A DNA stretch of 64,000 nucleotides. Origin: an uncultured virus (IMG/VR IMGVR_UViG_3300037743_000227). Its lineage: Duplodnaviria; Heunggongvirae; Uroviricota; Caudoviricetes. The first letter of the stretch is position 1. The number at the start of each line of letters is the position of its first letter. This document shows, piece by piece, positions 1 to 9,251 of the stretch. The translations under genes were made by a program, and so were the position numbers. Location: the IMG/VR virus record IMGVR_UViG_3300037743_000227. The stretch is one strand, 5' to 3'. The notes below the pieces were generated by a model that was not told where the DNA came from, did no database searches, and worked only from the letters and a program-made list of their open reading frames with translations.

Positions 1-642
1 CTGTACCACGGCCTCCACTCCTTCGACCCTGGCACCGCTCTGTCGACAGCGTTCGCATCGATCGCCGGCCCCGGCGTGTGGGACCTCCACGAACACGGCC
101 GGATCCGCAGGCGCGACGGCGTCCTCACTCGCCGCGAGCGGAAGGCCGCCGAGAAAGCAGCGAAGCAGGCCGCCGCCGAGCAGGCCGCCGAGGAAGCGCG
201 CCGGCGTGCGGAGAAGGAGGCCGCCGACAAGGCCGCTACGGAGGCCGCGCAGCAGCTCGCCGAGAAGCGCGCCAAGGAGTTCCCGAAGGTGTGGGAGCAC
301 GCGGATCGCCTGGCGGCGGACCTCGGTGAAACGACCGTCACCGACGCCATTTGGAAGCGCGCCAAGCTCGACGTCGACGGCGCGCTGCCCGGTGAATCCG
401 CCGAGGTTTTCCGCATGCGCAACGCCGCCGAGACGCGGGTCGAAGCCGCCCGTCAGAAGCGGTCCGTAAACGGATCATCACCGCAGGTGGCTTCGCAAGT
501 GCTCGGAGCGAAGAAGGCCCGCGTCTACAACCCGCCCGCACGGCGCGGAGTACGCACCCCAGGCGACACCCCGAAGCAGTCTCCGGCCGCTCGTAAGCAG
601 GCCTCCATCGCCGCCCGCAACGCCGCCCAGAAGGACCAGTGA
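1..642 (+). CDS. 5'-truncated membrane/coiled-coil protein of the conjugation module (DUF2637/Spd-like, tentative)
   Basis: Frame 1 is open from base 1 (LYHGLHSFDPGTALSTAFASIAGPGVWDLHEHG) with an Ala/Glu/Lys coiled coil; the stop overlaps the TraB start. Confidence 0.6.
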   Translation: MYHGLHSFDPGTALSTAFASIAGPGVWDLHEHGRIRRRDGVLTRRERKAAEKAAKQAAAEQAAEEARRRAEKEAADKAATEAAQQLAEKRAKEFPKVWEHADRLAADLGETTVTDAIWKRAKLDVDGALPGESAEVFRMRNAAETRVEAARQKRSVNGSSPQVASQVLGAKKARVYNPPARRGVRTPGDTPKQSPAARKQASIAARNAAQKDQ

Positions 643-2645
643 TGACGACCGAAGCCACCCCGGAGTTCCCCGCCGACTGGGACCTGGACAAGGTGATTCC
701 CGGTGAGCTGCATGTGCCCGACGACCTGTCCGATGAGGACATCGCGCCCGGCATCGTCGTCCCCTACGAGCCGCGTACCCCGGTCCTCGCCAAGACCGGC
801 TCTGCGGCGATGACCGTCGCCGCGGTCACCGGCCGGGCGTGCGGGCTGTCCGCGCGCTGGTTCTTCACCGGCGCAGGAGCGGTCGGCTTCCTCGGCTGGC
901 GCTACCTCCGCGCCCACGACCTCCAGGAAACCCTCGGCGGCATGTCGAAGAGCGCTGACTGGAACAAGGTCGACATCGTCCGCAAGAAGCGGTGGAAGTT
1001 CCTCGGCTGGACCGCAGGCATCACCGCCGGGCTCAACCTGGCCGGCTGGTGGGCGCTGGTGAAGTTCGGCGAGATGACGGCCCTCGACTGGTCGTGGATG
1101 ATCCCGCCCGCCACGACCGCGGCGATCGTCGCGACGCTGGTCGCCTTGTACGGGCGTTACCGGGTCAACCGGCCGGAGATCGGCCCCATGCAGATGGTCG
1201 CCGACCAGGACAACCCGGAGAGCGACGAGCCGTTCGCGCTCGCTCTGTGCACCTCGCCGGACATGGTTGAGGACTGCGTGTCCCGCGCCCTCGCCTACGA
1301 AGGCGTCGGCACCCGCGCGGTGCGGGCGCTCGGCTATCGCGGTTGGGGCTGGGAGATCGACGTTGTCCTGCAGGGCTCCACACCTGGCAAGGTCAACTCG
1401 GCTGCCGACCAGATGGACGCCCACTTCAACATCAAGCAGGGCGGCACTCTCATCGACCCCGACCCGCAGCAGTCCGCACACTTGGTCTTGCGCCTCGTCA
1501 CCGCCAACCCGTTCGAGAACATGCAGCGCCCCACGGTCCACGCCCCGAACAGCCTGGACATCTCCGACCCGCACAACTTCGGCCGCTGCATGGACGGCAA
1601 CCCACTCGACCTGGTCCTCGAAGGTCTGCGGATTCTCGCGATCGGCGTCTCCGGGTCCGCCAAGACCACCGGCGTACTGCGCGACCTCGCCGAGGTCATC
1701 ACCGCCTGCCACAACGCCATCGCCATCGAAATGGACCCCATCAAGGACGGTCTGCGCGAGTTCGAAGGCGCCATGGCGGTGCCACCCATCCGCGGAAACA
1801 AGGACTGCGAGAAGTGGCTCGCCCACATGGTCAAGATGGCCAGCGGCCGGAACGCAGTCCGCAACCGGCGCGGCATGGGCGACACCTGGCAGGCATCCCG
1901 CGACTATCCGGCCATCTTCGTATTCGTCGACGAGTTCATCTTCCTCAGCCAGAAGGCCAAGGAGTCGTTCATCGAACTCCTGCGCATCGGCAAGCAGTCC
2001 GGGATCTACCCGATCGCCGCAGGCCAGGACGCGACGAGCAACAGCATGGGCGACGCCATCGCCGACACCTTCACCCTGAGCATCATGCTCGCGGCCCGGC
2101 ACGCTGACATTCCCCTCGTCCTCGGATCGGGAGCCATCAACGCCGGCTTCCGTCCCGACCGGCTCGTCCCCGCCCAGAACAAGCAGCTCAAGAACGACGC
2201 CGGCCAGTCCTACATCAAGGGCCCCGGCCTCGACCGGCCGCTGCTGTACGGGTGGAACGAGCACAGCAACGAGGCGATCAAGCGGGCCGTTGCCGACCGC
2301 ATCGCTGCTGGCCGGCCGTGGTTCGACCGCGACACCCTCGCTGCTGCCGGTCTGCTGCACCTCGCCGACGGCGGGGCAGGGGACAAGCGCACCCCGGGTG
2401 ACCGCCAGATTGTGTTCGACGTCATCGAGGTCATGGCTGAGGCCGAGGCGGTACGCATCCGCCCGGAGCCCCTGGCCGAGGCGCTCGCCGACTTCAACCC
2501 GGACCTGTATGGCGATCTCACGGTTGCCGAGTTGCGGAAGCTGCTGAAGGACGTCGGGGTCGGCTCTCCGGTGCCGATCGGCGACATCGACGGCTTGATC
2601 AATCCGCGCGGTTACAAGCTCGAAGCGCTGACTGTTTTGACCTAG
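639..2645 (+). CDS. traB: FtsK/SpoIIIE-family DNA translocase, TraB-like conjugation protein
   Basis: N-terminal hydrophobic segments, Walker A-like GVSGSAKT, Walker B IFVFVDE, LRIGKQSGI and AAGQ motifs, C-terminal wHTH-like ...NPRGYKLEAL. Confidence 0.8.
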   Translation: MMTTEATPEFPADWDLDKVIPGELHVPDDLSDEDIAPGIVVPYEPRTPVLAKTGSAAMTVAAVTGRACGLSARWFFTGAGAVGFLGWRYLRAHDLQETLGGMSKSADWNKVDIVRKKRWKFLGWTAGITAGLNLAGWWALVKFGEMTALDWSWMIPPATTAAIVATLVALYGRYRVNRPEIGPMQMVADQDNPESDEPFALALCTSPDMVEDCVSRALAYEGVGTRAVRALGYRGWGWEIDVVLQGSTPGKVNSAADQMDAHFNIKQGGTLIDPDPQQSAHLVLRLVTANPFENMQRPTVHAPNSLDISDPHNFGRCMDGNPLDLVLEGLRILAIGVSGSAKTTGVLRDLAEVITACHNAIAIEMDPIKDGLREFEGAMAVPPIRGNKDCEKWLAHMVKMASGRNAVRNRRGMGDTWQASRDYPAIFVFVDEFIFLSQKAKESFIELLRIGKQSGIYPIAAGQDATSNSMGDAIADTFTLSIMLAARHADIPLVLGSGAINAGFRPDRLVPAQNKQLKNDAGQSYIKGPGLDRPLLYGWNEHSNEAIKRAVADRIAAGRPWFDRDTLAAAGLLHLADGGAGDKRTPGDRQIVFDVIEVMAEAEAVRIRPEPLAEALADFNPDLYGDLTVAELRKLLKDVGVGSPVPIGDIDGLINPRGYKLEALTVLT

Positions 2646-2652
2646 AAAGTCC

Positions 2653-2808
2653 ACTGCTCGCGGGGTGCTCGGCACTGCTCGACCGCAGGTCACAGCCGCT
2701 CGACCAGGTGCTCGGTGAACTGCTCGCCAAAATCCCGAGCACCTGCCGAGCAGTACTCCGAGCGGTTGTGACCTGCAACGGAGCACCCGCGAGCAGTAGT
2801 CGAGCACC
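2653..2808. repeat. clt-like locus: six 8-bp repeats facing six inverted copies
   Basis: ACTGCTCG/GGTGCTCG at 2653, 2664, 2674, 2707, 2719 plus GCCGCTCG at 2695; complements CGAGCACC/CGAGCAGT at 2736, 2747, 2790, 2801 plus variants at 2759 and 2780; directly downstream of traB. Confidence 0.8.
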
Positions 2809-2850
2809 TCTCAAACCAACTCAAACCGATCACCCGCCCGAGGAGTCCGT

Positions 2851-3630
2851 ATGCCGCCCGCGAAGCGCCAGCCGGCCCGCCGCAGCACCGCGGTGAAGCG
2901 CCGGAAGCCGTCCGCCCGCAAGCATCCCGCCCGCCGCGTCAAGATCCCCCGCAGCGGCCCGATCCACGCCCGAATCGGCGCCCGCATGGTCCTGTTCGCC
3001 GTCTCGCACCTCGACGACCACGGCGACGTCATCCGCTCCCGCAAGGACGCCGCGATCCTCCGCGCCACCCACCAGGGCTGCCCCAAGTGCAAGGGCAACG
3101 GGCAGATCTTCACCAAGGGCAAAGACGGCTCCTTCACCGGCTCCAAGCCGTGCCCCGCCAAGCCCACCAAACAGAAAGTCTCCAAGTGGGCCGTCTACAA
3201 GACGTCCCGGTTCGGCGCCGACAAGAACACCGGACTGGTCGGCTGGGCCTGCCCCTGCGGCAAGAAAGAGAAGCCCCGCTTCCGCGACGCCCGCGAGGCC
3301 ACCAAAGCACTGCGAAACCACGAGAAGCAGAAGCACGGCGGCAAGTCCGTCGGCGGCGCCTGGTACGCCCAAGCCAACGAAGGCGCAGCCCAGCCCGGCA
3401 AGGAACAGCAGCCGGCCGTGTCCAAGGTCGTCACCGACTCCGGCAAAACCGACGACGAATGGATCAAGCAGAACAAAGGCATGCCCGTCGGCAAAGCCAT
3501 CGCTGCAGGCAAGTGCTGGAAATGCTCCGGCGACGGAAAGCTCCACGCCGTCTTCGGAGATGAGCAACTCCTCGTCGTCTGCCCCGAATGCACAGGCACC
3601 GGCAAGCCCGCCGTCGCCACTGCCAGATGA
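2851..3630 (+). CDS. Basic zinc-finger protein (CxxCxGxG motifs)
   Basis: GAGGAG RBS; CPKCKGNG, CWKCSGDG, CPECTGTG. Confidence 0.75.
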   Translation: MPPAKRQPARRSTAVKRRKPSARKHPARRVKIPRSGPIHARIGARMVLFAVSHLDDHGDVIRSRKDAAILRATHQGCPKCKGNGQIFTKGKDGSFTGSKPCPAKPTKQKVSKWAVYKTSRFGADKNTGLVGWACPCGKKEKPRFRDAREATKALRNHEKQKHGGKSVGGAWYAQANEGAAQPGKEQQPAVSKVVTDSGKTDDEWIKQNKGMPVGKAIAAGKCWKCSGDGKLHAVFGDEQLLVVCPECTGTGKPAVATAR

Positions 3631-3645
3631 AAGGAACCCCACCAG

Positions 3646-4131
3646 ATGCTCGACCTGCCCGAGCCGAAGCCCACCGCCACCGCGGCCGGGCAGGCCCGCA
3701 ACCCGCTCACTGACTCCGTCATCAGCGCCGCCGTCGACGACGCCCTCCGTCAGACTTTCCACCGCGACGACAGCCTCGTACCGAAGATCGGTACCGCCCC
3801 GCCGATCGCCCAGCCCGGACGGGCGCCGATGAGCTCCAAGGCAGTCGACGACAGTGTCCGCATGCTGTCCGCGAGCGTCCTCATCGCCACCGGCGGGGGA
3901 GCGACCACCGCCATCCTCTGGGCATCCGGGTATGCCAACCCCGCCGTCATCGCTGTCGTGTTCGGCGCCCCCACCGCCCTTGTGCTCGCCCTCGGTCGAC
4001 TCGCCAAGCGGGCCAAGCAAGCGATGCCCGACGAGCACCACCACCACTACACCGGCACCGTCATCCAGGACCAGCGCCACACCCACACGTCGACCCGCGG
4101 TGTGTGGGCGAAAACCACCAACCAGCAGTGA
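3646..4131 (+). CDS. Two-TM membrane protein (Spd-like, tentative)
   Basis: AAGGA RBS, two hydrophobic helices, HHHHY motif, located in the tra module. Confidence 0.7.
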   Translation: MLDLPEPKPTATAAGQARNPLTDSVISAAVDDALRQTFHRDDSLVPKIGTAPPIAQPGRAPMSSKAVDDSVRMLSASVLIATGGGATTAILWASGYANPAVIAVVFGAPTALVLALGRLAKRAKQAMPDEHHHHYTGTVIQDQRHTHTSTRGVWAKTTNQQ

Positions 4132-4335
4132 TCAGCCAGCAGAAGGGCCCCGGCCGGATTCCTCGGTCGGGGCCTTTGTCGTGGCCGCGGGTACGGCGCG
4201 TGCGACCCAGCCGCGGCCGACACTGTCCGACGGCAGCAGTGTCGGCACCGCACCCAACAGCCGGCACAAACGGTCCAACTCCCGCTGGCAGGCCTGCTGG
4301 GTGCTACCGCGAACCATGTACACGACGTCGTCCAT
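4132..4335 (-). CDS. Small hypothetical protein (MDDVVYMVRG...)
   Basis: Short ORF filling the intergenic gap; internal ATG chosen as start. Confidence 0.45.
   Translation of the reverse strand: MDDVVYMVRGSTQQACQRELDRLCRLLGAVPTLLPSDSVGRGWVARAVPAATTKAPTEESGRGPSAG
4143..4178. terminator. Intrinsic terminator hairpin
   Basis: AAGGGCCCCGGCCG...CGGTCGGGGCCTTT. Confidence 0.7.
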
Positions 4336-4419
4336 ACCCGCAGTGTGACGGGGTGGGGGGGGAGCGGGGCGGAATCCGGGAAGCGGGCTAGTCGGAAACC
4401 GCACGGCACATGTTGGCGT

Positions 4420-4656
4420 TCACGCGCTCTGCTCCTTGGTGCGGCGGCGGCGGGCTTCGCGGACAGCCTCGGCGGCTTCCGGGTTGAGGATCCGGCGGAC
4501 CGTCTCCCGTGTGTATCCGGTGAGGTCGCAGATGTCCTTCTGTGTGCGGCCGTTGGCGAGCGCGTCGCGGATGGCGGTGGCGCGTTCGGTCTCTGCGGTG
4601 GCGATGGCGGTTTCGTAGCGGGTGCGGATGGCTTTGAGGTCGGCGTTGGTGGTCAT
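4420..4656 (-). CDS. Small HTH transcriptional regulator
   Basis: GRTQKDICDLTGYTRETVRRIL helix-turn-helix. Confidence 0.8.
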   Translation of the reverse strand: MTTNADLKAIRTRYETAIATAETERATAIRDALANGRTQKDICDLTGYTRETVRRILNPEAAEAVREARRRRTKEQSA

Positions 4657-4673
4657 ACCCCCATGGTGCCTGA

Positions 4674-4722
4674 CCGGGTAGGCCTAGTCTAGTTGACATA
4701 GCTATCCGGGTAGGCCTACCAT
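4674..4722 (+). promoter_or_regulatory. Sigma70-type promoter with two operator repeats
   Basis: TTGACA (4693-4698), 18 nt, TACCAT (4717-4722); CCGGGTAGGCCTA at 4674 and 4706, each containing the palindrome TAGGCCTA. Confidence 0.75.
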
Positions 4723-4760
4723 GTAACTACAGCAAGACGGAGCCACCAAGGGGGACCACA

Positions 4761-5144
4761 ATGAACGCCGCCACCCGCACCCGCCGCAACACCCTCCACG
4801 CCGCCACCGCCACCGCCAAGGCCCTCGGCTACCGCACCCTCTCCGGCATCATCGCCGCACACGTCGAAACCGGCCGGCTGATTCGCACCGGCGACTTCCT
4901 CGACCGCATCGGCGGCAGCGACCTCAAGGACGGCCAGAAGGCCTGGTTCGGCCGGCATGTTGCGAAGGCGTACCGGGCGCAGCACGGCGGCGACACCGTC
5001 AAGGTCTGGACGCAGCACCGCACCACCGGCAAATGGATCCACGTATTTGCCTACGGGGTCGTCGACGACGCCCTGTACGAGGGCCTCCACTCCTACAAGG
5101 CCACGAGGCACCTGCTCGCCGACATGTACGCGAGGTGCGCATAG
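4761..5144 (+). CDS. Hypothetical phage protein
   Basis: GGGGGA RBS, high-GC3 codons. Confidence 0.75.
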   Translation: MNAATRTRRNTLHAATATAKALGYRTLSGIIAAHVETGRLIRTGDFLDRIGGSDLKDGQKAWFGRHVAKAYRAQHGGDTVKVWTQHRTTGKWIHVFAYGVVDDALYEGLHSYKATRHLLADMYARCA

Positions 5145-5201
5145 ACCAACTACACGGCGCAGCAGACGACCCACACCAGCACCACCCGCAAGGAGAACGC
5201 G

Positions 5202-5837
5202 ATGACCGGCCAGCCCACCGCCCCGATTCGCACCGTGTGGACGTACAAGGTCAACGGCGAGGCGATGGGCACGTACACCGAGGACTACGCCCGCAGCATG
5301 TACAACACCCTGGCCAGCCTCCACCCCGCCTCCCGCGTGCAGCTCGTGCGCTTCGACCACTATGCATCCGACTTCGCCACCACCGGCAAGAACTGGACGA
5401 GCGTGCCCACCGTCGTAGAGGACACCCACCCGGAGCCCACCCCCGAGCCGAAGAACGAGACCACCGCGATCGAACTGCTCGACCCGCTGCGCCCCTGCCG
5501 CCGCTGCAAGGGGACCGGCACCTTCCACATCTGGAGCGGACCCGTCGGGTGCCGCAACTGCAACGCCACGGGCAAGGTTCCCTCGGCCCGCGACCGCCGC
5601 CGCATCCAGGAAGCCGACCAGAACTACTACCGACTGATCAAGGCCATGCGCACGCGGGCCGAGGAGCGCGACGGCCGCCGCAACGGGCGGATCGAGTTCG
5701 AGTCGCACCAGGGCTTCGGCCTGCTGGAGCAGAACGAGCCGCACCGCCTTCCGGCCCTGTTCCAGTCGCTTGAGGCCGGACGGATCGACGACGTGATCGA
5801 CATGCTCATCGCCTACCGCAACGCGCACGCCAACTGA
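5202..5837 (+). CDS. Hypothetical protein with DnaJ-type zinc finger
   Basis: AAGGAG RBS; CRRCKGTG...CRNCNATG. Confidence 0.75.
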   Translation: MTGQPTAPIRTVWTYKVNGEAMGTYTEDYARSMYNTLASLHPASRVQLVRFDHYASDFATTGKNWTSVPTVVEDTHPEPTPEPKNETTAIELLDPLRPCRRCKGTGTFHIWSGPVGCRNCNATGKVPSARDRRRIQEADQNYYRLIKAMRTRAEERDGRRNGRIEFESHQGFGLLEQNEPHRLPALFQSLEAGRIDDVIDMLIAYRNAHAN

Positions 5838-5915
5838 CCACCGTCACCGTCCTCTACCCCGTCGACCACCGCATCGCCGCCCACATCCTCAGCCTCGCCG
5901 CCTAAGGAGCCCCAC

Positions 5916-6158
5916 ATGATCACCCTCACCAAAGACGCCGTCACCCTCTACGACATCGAAGAGAACAAGACCTGGCGGCAGATGAGCGCCCGCGACGGCG
6001 AGTACGAAGTCCAGCTCTGCTACGGCCTCGGCGACACCGTCCAGGAGTACGAGACGACCGACCGCCACGGCAACCCGCTCCGCGTCGTCCTCCAGATCGT
6101 TGCCCCGTCGGAGTACAGCAAGCCCGACCAGGGCGGCGTCTACATGTTCACCCGCTGA
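5916..6158 (+). CDS. Hypothetical protein
   Basis: AAGGAG RBS, codon bias. Confidence 0.75.
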   Translation: MITLTKDAVTLYDIEENKTWRQMSARDGEYEVQLCYGLGDTVQEYETTDRHGNPLRVVLQIVAPSEYSKPDQGGVYMFTR

Positions 6159-6203
6159 CCCCGTCGACTGCCCCATCACCGCCTGACCCTGAAGGAGACC
6201 CCC

Positions 6204-6638
6204 ATGGACTTCCACACCGCCCTCAACCAGGTCGTCGCCGAACTCACCCCCCAGCCCTGGGACTACACGGCGTCGGACGGGACGACGCTCACCGTCATCC
6301 CCGCCGGCCTCCCCGACAACCCCGGCATGGCCGAAGTCCTGATCCGTATCACCACCCCCGGCGCCGACCCCATCGAATTTGGCATCACCACCACCGACCT
6401 GGCCGCCGTGATCGACGCGCTCACTAGGAACAAACTGTGCTCCGACGGCACGATGACGGACATGTGGTACCGCCTGTCTCCGTCCGGTGGTGGCGGCATG
6501 ATGCTGACGCTGGAGGAGGGCCCGGACGCCGAGGAGGCGGCGGCGCAGATCCACGTTCCGGAGGAGCAGCGTCTGCCGTTCGCGTCCGCGCTACGCCGCG
6601 CCCTCGACGTCGCCCGCGGCTGGGAGGACCCGGCGTGA
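6204..6638 (+). CDS. Hypothetical protein
   Basis: AAGGAG RBS, codon bias. Confidence 0.75.
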   Translation: MDFHTALNQVVAELTPQPWDYTASDGTTLTVIPAGLPDNPGMAEVLIRITTPGADPIEFGITTTDLAAVIDALTRNKLCSDGTMTDMWYRLSPSGGGGMMLTLEEGPDAEEAAAQIHVPEEQRLPFASALRRALDVARGWEDPA

Positions 6639-6769
6639 CCGTCGAGCACGCGCCCGACGTGCCGCCGCCCGTCGTCCCCCGGGCCCGCGACTGGGACGAC
6701 GACCCCCACACCGCAGCCAGGTACGACGACCGCTACTGGGACAGCCTGTACGACCGAGACGAGGACTGA
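6635..6769 (+). CDS. Small acidic hypothetical protein
   Basis: GGAGG RBS, GTGA overlap upstream and TGATG overlap downstream. Confidence 0.55.
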   Translation: MTVEHAPDVPPPVVPRARDWDDDPHTAARYDDRYWDSLYDRDED

Positions 6770-6987
6770 TGGCCACCGCCAGCCAGCCCACGACCCCGGC
6801 CGCCGAGTTCCCGATCCGCCGGGTCCGGTTCGTCAACGGCCGCACCTGGCACCGCACCAGGCGCCCCGCCGAATGGCACCACCAGCTCGAAGCCGCCTGC
6901 GGGAAGACCGGATACCTCGCGAGCGGGTACGGGCTCGGACCCGTCGGCGACTGCCGCGGATGCCAGAAGGCCATCGGCGCCAGATGA
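6769..6987 (+). CDS. Small Cys/His protein
   Basis: Translationally coupled; TWH...ACG...CRGC. Confidence 0.65.
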   Translation: MATASQPTTPAAEFPIRRVRFVNGRTWHRTRRPAEWHHQLEAACGKTGYLASGYGLGPVGDCRGCQKAIGAR

Positions 6988-7001
6988 CCCGCCGCACAGC
7001 A

Positions 7002-7039
7002 GAGAGCCCGCCCCGGAACCACCCGGAGGCGGGCTTTCG
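7002..7039 (+). terminator. Intrinsic terminator hairpin
   Basis: GAGAGCCCGCCCCGG...CCGGAGGCGGGCTTTC. Confidence 0.7.
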
Positions 7040-7126
7040 CTGCGTGCGTGCGCGATACCGTGGTACCACCACGCGGGTCACCCTCCGACACACCCCGGGC
7101 GCCCCGCACAGGCCGTAGGAGGAACC

Positions 7127-8164
7127 GTGCTCCCTGCCGGACTCGCCACCGTCACCGTCACCGGCACCTGGCTCAACCCCGACGGCACACCCCGCACCGG
7201 CAACATCACCCTCGAACCCGAACCCGCGATCCTCACCAGCGCGGAGCACGGCGTCCTCATCCTCGGGCCGATCACCGCCAGCCTCGACGGCGCCGGCAGC
7301 ATCGAAGTCGAGCTGCTCGCCACCGATGACCCTGACGTCACCCCTACCGGCTGGACCTATCAAGTCACCGAGCGCTGGCCCGGTATCACCAGCCGCTCCT
7401 ACCCGCTGTCCCTGCCTCTGGCCGCCCCGGACGTGGACTTGGCCGACGTCGCCCCCGCCGCGGCAGCGTCCGAGGGTGACTTCCTCGTCATCACCGGGCC
7501 CACCGGACCGGCAGGCCCTGAAGGGTCGGAGGGACCTGAAGGCCCCCAGGGTCCGCAGCCGCCGCTCGGCGACGCCGGAGACGGACCAGACGTCGCCCTC
7601 AGGAGCGATGACCCGACGACCGCAGACGCCCGCACGCCCCTCCCGCACGCCGCCAGCCACGAAGACGGCGGCGCCGACGAACTCATCCTCACCCAGGCAC
7701 AGATCACCGGGCTCCTTGACGCGCTCGCCGCACTGGCCCCACTCGCAGGAGCGACATTCACCGGCGCGATCACCGTAGACGGCGCCGACCTCGCCATCCT
7801 CGGAGACGACAAGGGCTACCGCTTCCGCCGCGGTGGCGGCGCACTCGACCTCGAAGGCACCGGGTCTGATCTGCTGATCTCGAACTGGTCCGGGACCGAC
7901 TTCGACGGTACCCAGCGCTCGTATTTCCGCCTGTCCGCCGATGCCCAGAACATTCAAGTAGCCGGCCGAGCCGAGTTCGTGGCCGGGCTGTTCGGCGGTG
8001 CCGTGCACACGATCGACGGCGATGCGGACCAGCTCGGTTTCCATGGCGCGGCTCCGGTCGGCCAGCAGACGGTGACCGGGTCGCGGGCCGATGGCACTGC
8101 GCTGGCCAGCCTCCTGACTGCGCTCGCCACGCTCGGCCTGATCGTCGACAACAGCACCGAGTAA
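7127..8164 (+). CDS. Putative tail fibre/minor virion protein with short collagen-like segment
   Basis: AGGAGG RBS; N-terminal VTVTGTWLNPDGTP...GWTYQVTE domain typical of actinophage fibres; GPTGPAGPEGSEGPEGPQGP; HAASH motif. Confidence 0.65.
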   Translation: MLPAGLATVTVTGTWLNPDGTPRTGNITLEPEPAILTSAEHGVLILGPITASLDGAGSIEVELLATDDPDVTPTGWTYQVTERWPGITSRSYPLSLPLAAPDVDLADVAPAAAASEGDFLVITGPTGPAGPEGSEGPEGPQGPQPPLGDAGDGPDVALRSDDPTTADARTPLPHAASHEDGGADELILTQAQITGLLDALAALAPLAGATFTGAITVDGADLAILGDDKGYRFRRGGGALDLEGTGSDLLISNWSGTDFDGTQRSYFRLSADAQNIQVAGRAEFVAGLFGGAVHTIDGDADQLGFHGAAPVGQQTVTGSRADGTALASLLTALATLGLIVDNSTE

Positions 8165-8240
8165 CAACAGCGTCACAGGGGCGAGAAGCCTCTACGGCAC
8201 CGGTACGCTCGCCCCTCACACGCGCACTTTGGGGGGCAAC

Positions 8241-8969
8241 ATGCACATCCGTACCACCACCGCGATCACCGCCGGGCTGCTACTCGCACTCACCGCATGC
8301 GGCAGCAGCATCAACGACAAGTCCAGCGGCTACAACGCGGACAACCTCACCCAGGCCGAGACCCGGTTCATGGACGTCGTCTACGACATCTCCACCGACA
8401 AGAACAAGATCGAGAACTCGACGGCCGGGGAGATGGCTTCGACGGTCAAGGCGTTCCGGCTGTTCTGCCTGGCCGACGAGGACGGGCGCGCCCAGAAGAT
8501 GGACGACGACGGCAAACTGTCCGCCGCCGATCACAAGCAGCTCAACAAGGCGTTCGCCGATCACCTGTGCACCGGCGACGAGGCCGACCCCGCCGGAGGA
8601 GAGGCTCCCGAAGAGGGCAAGGAGCCTGCGAAGAGCGCCCACGACAAGGACGTCAAGGTCACCGGTCAGGGCCCCAAGACGGAGTACGACTTCACCACCT
8701 ACCGCATCGCGTTCACTGTCACCAACAGCGGCAGCGAAGCCGCGAACTACTGGATCACGCTTGAGGCATACGACAAGGACGGCGACTTCCTCGGGAGCAC
8801 CGGGTCCTCCGTCGAACGGCTCGGCCCCGGCAAGACCAAGACCGACGAAGTCGACCTCTACGACGAAGAGATCGAGAACGGCAAGCTGTCCGACGTCGAC
8901 ACCGTGAAGGTGAAGAAGGTCGAGTACTGCGACGGCAGCGACGGGGACCCGATCATGTGCCAGATTTGA
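8241..8969 (+). CDS. Lipoprotein with C-terminal FxLYD-like beta domain
   Basis: Lipobox LALTAC; VTNSG...YWITLEAYDKDGDFLG...LGPGKT. Confidence 0.75.
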   Translation: MHIRTTTAITAGLLLALTACGSSINDKSSGYNADNLTQAETRFMDVVYDISTDKNKIENSTAGEMASTVKAFRLFCLADEDGRAQKMDDDGKLSAADHKQLNKAFADHLCTGDEADPAGGEAPEEGKEPAKSAHDKDVKVTGQGPKTEYDFTTYRIAFTVTNSGSEAANYWITLEAYDKDGDFLGSTGSSVERLGPGKTKTDEVDLYDEEIENGKLSDVDTVKVKKVEYCDGSDGDPIMCQI

Positions 8970-8972
8970 GTC

Positions 8973-9251
8973 ATGAGTACACCGACCGAAGGCGCCGGCA
9001 CCGAGGGTGAATCCACCGAAGCCGACGCGCTGCCCTGGAACCGGCGCGCCACGCCCGCAGGGCAGCGGCCTCCGCGCAGCCGCGACTTCCCCGACCCGCC
9101 CGCCCGGCGCCCCGACACCGGCGAACGAGGCGAGGAAGAGGGCAACCGGAGAGCCGACAGGGAGCAGCGCGGCCCCCTGCTGCCCCGCCCCGAGCCGCCG
9201 GCTGCCGAGCACGACGAAGAAGAGCAGCCCCGCAGCAAGCAGCATCGCTGA
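8973..9251 (+). CDS. Low-complexity hypothetical protein
   Basis: Follows the lipoprotein stop; disordered composition. Confidence 0.35.
   Translation: MSTPTEGAGTEGESTEADALPWNRRATPAGQRPPRSRDFPDPPARRPDTGERGEEEGNRRADREQRGPLLPRPEPPAAEHDEEEQPRSKQHR

Noticed and set aside
525..2807. Long antisense ORFs (525-2807, 19738-21744, 55142-56545, 61363-63009 and similar)
   Set aside because: Shadow frames of real high-GC3 genes, with no motifs or RBS.
2653..2808. Repeat cluster as a CRISPR array
   Set aside because: Repeats are 8 bp with 3-4 bp gaps and switch orientation; no spacers or cas genes.
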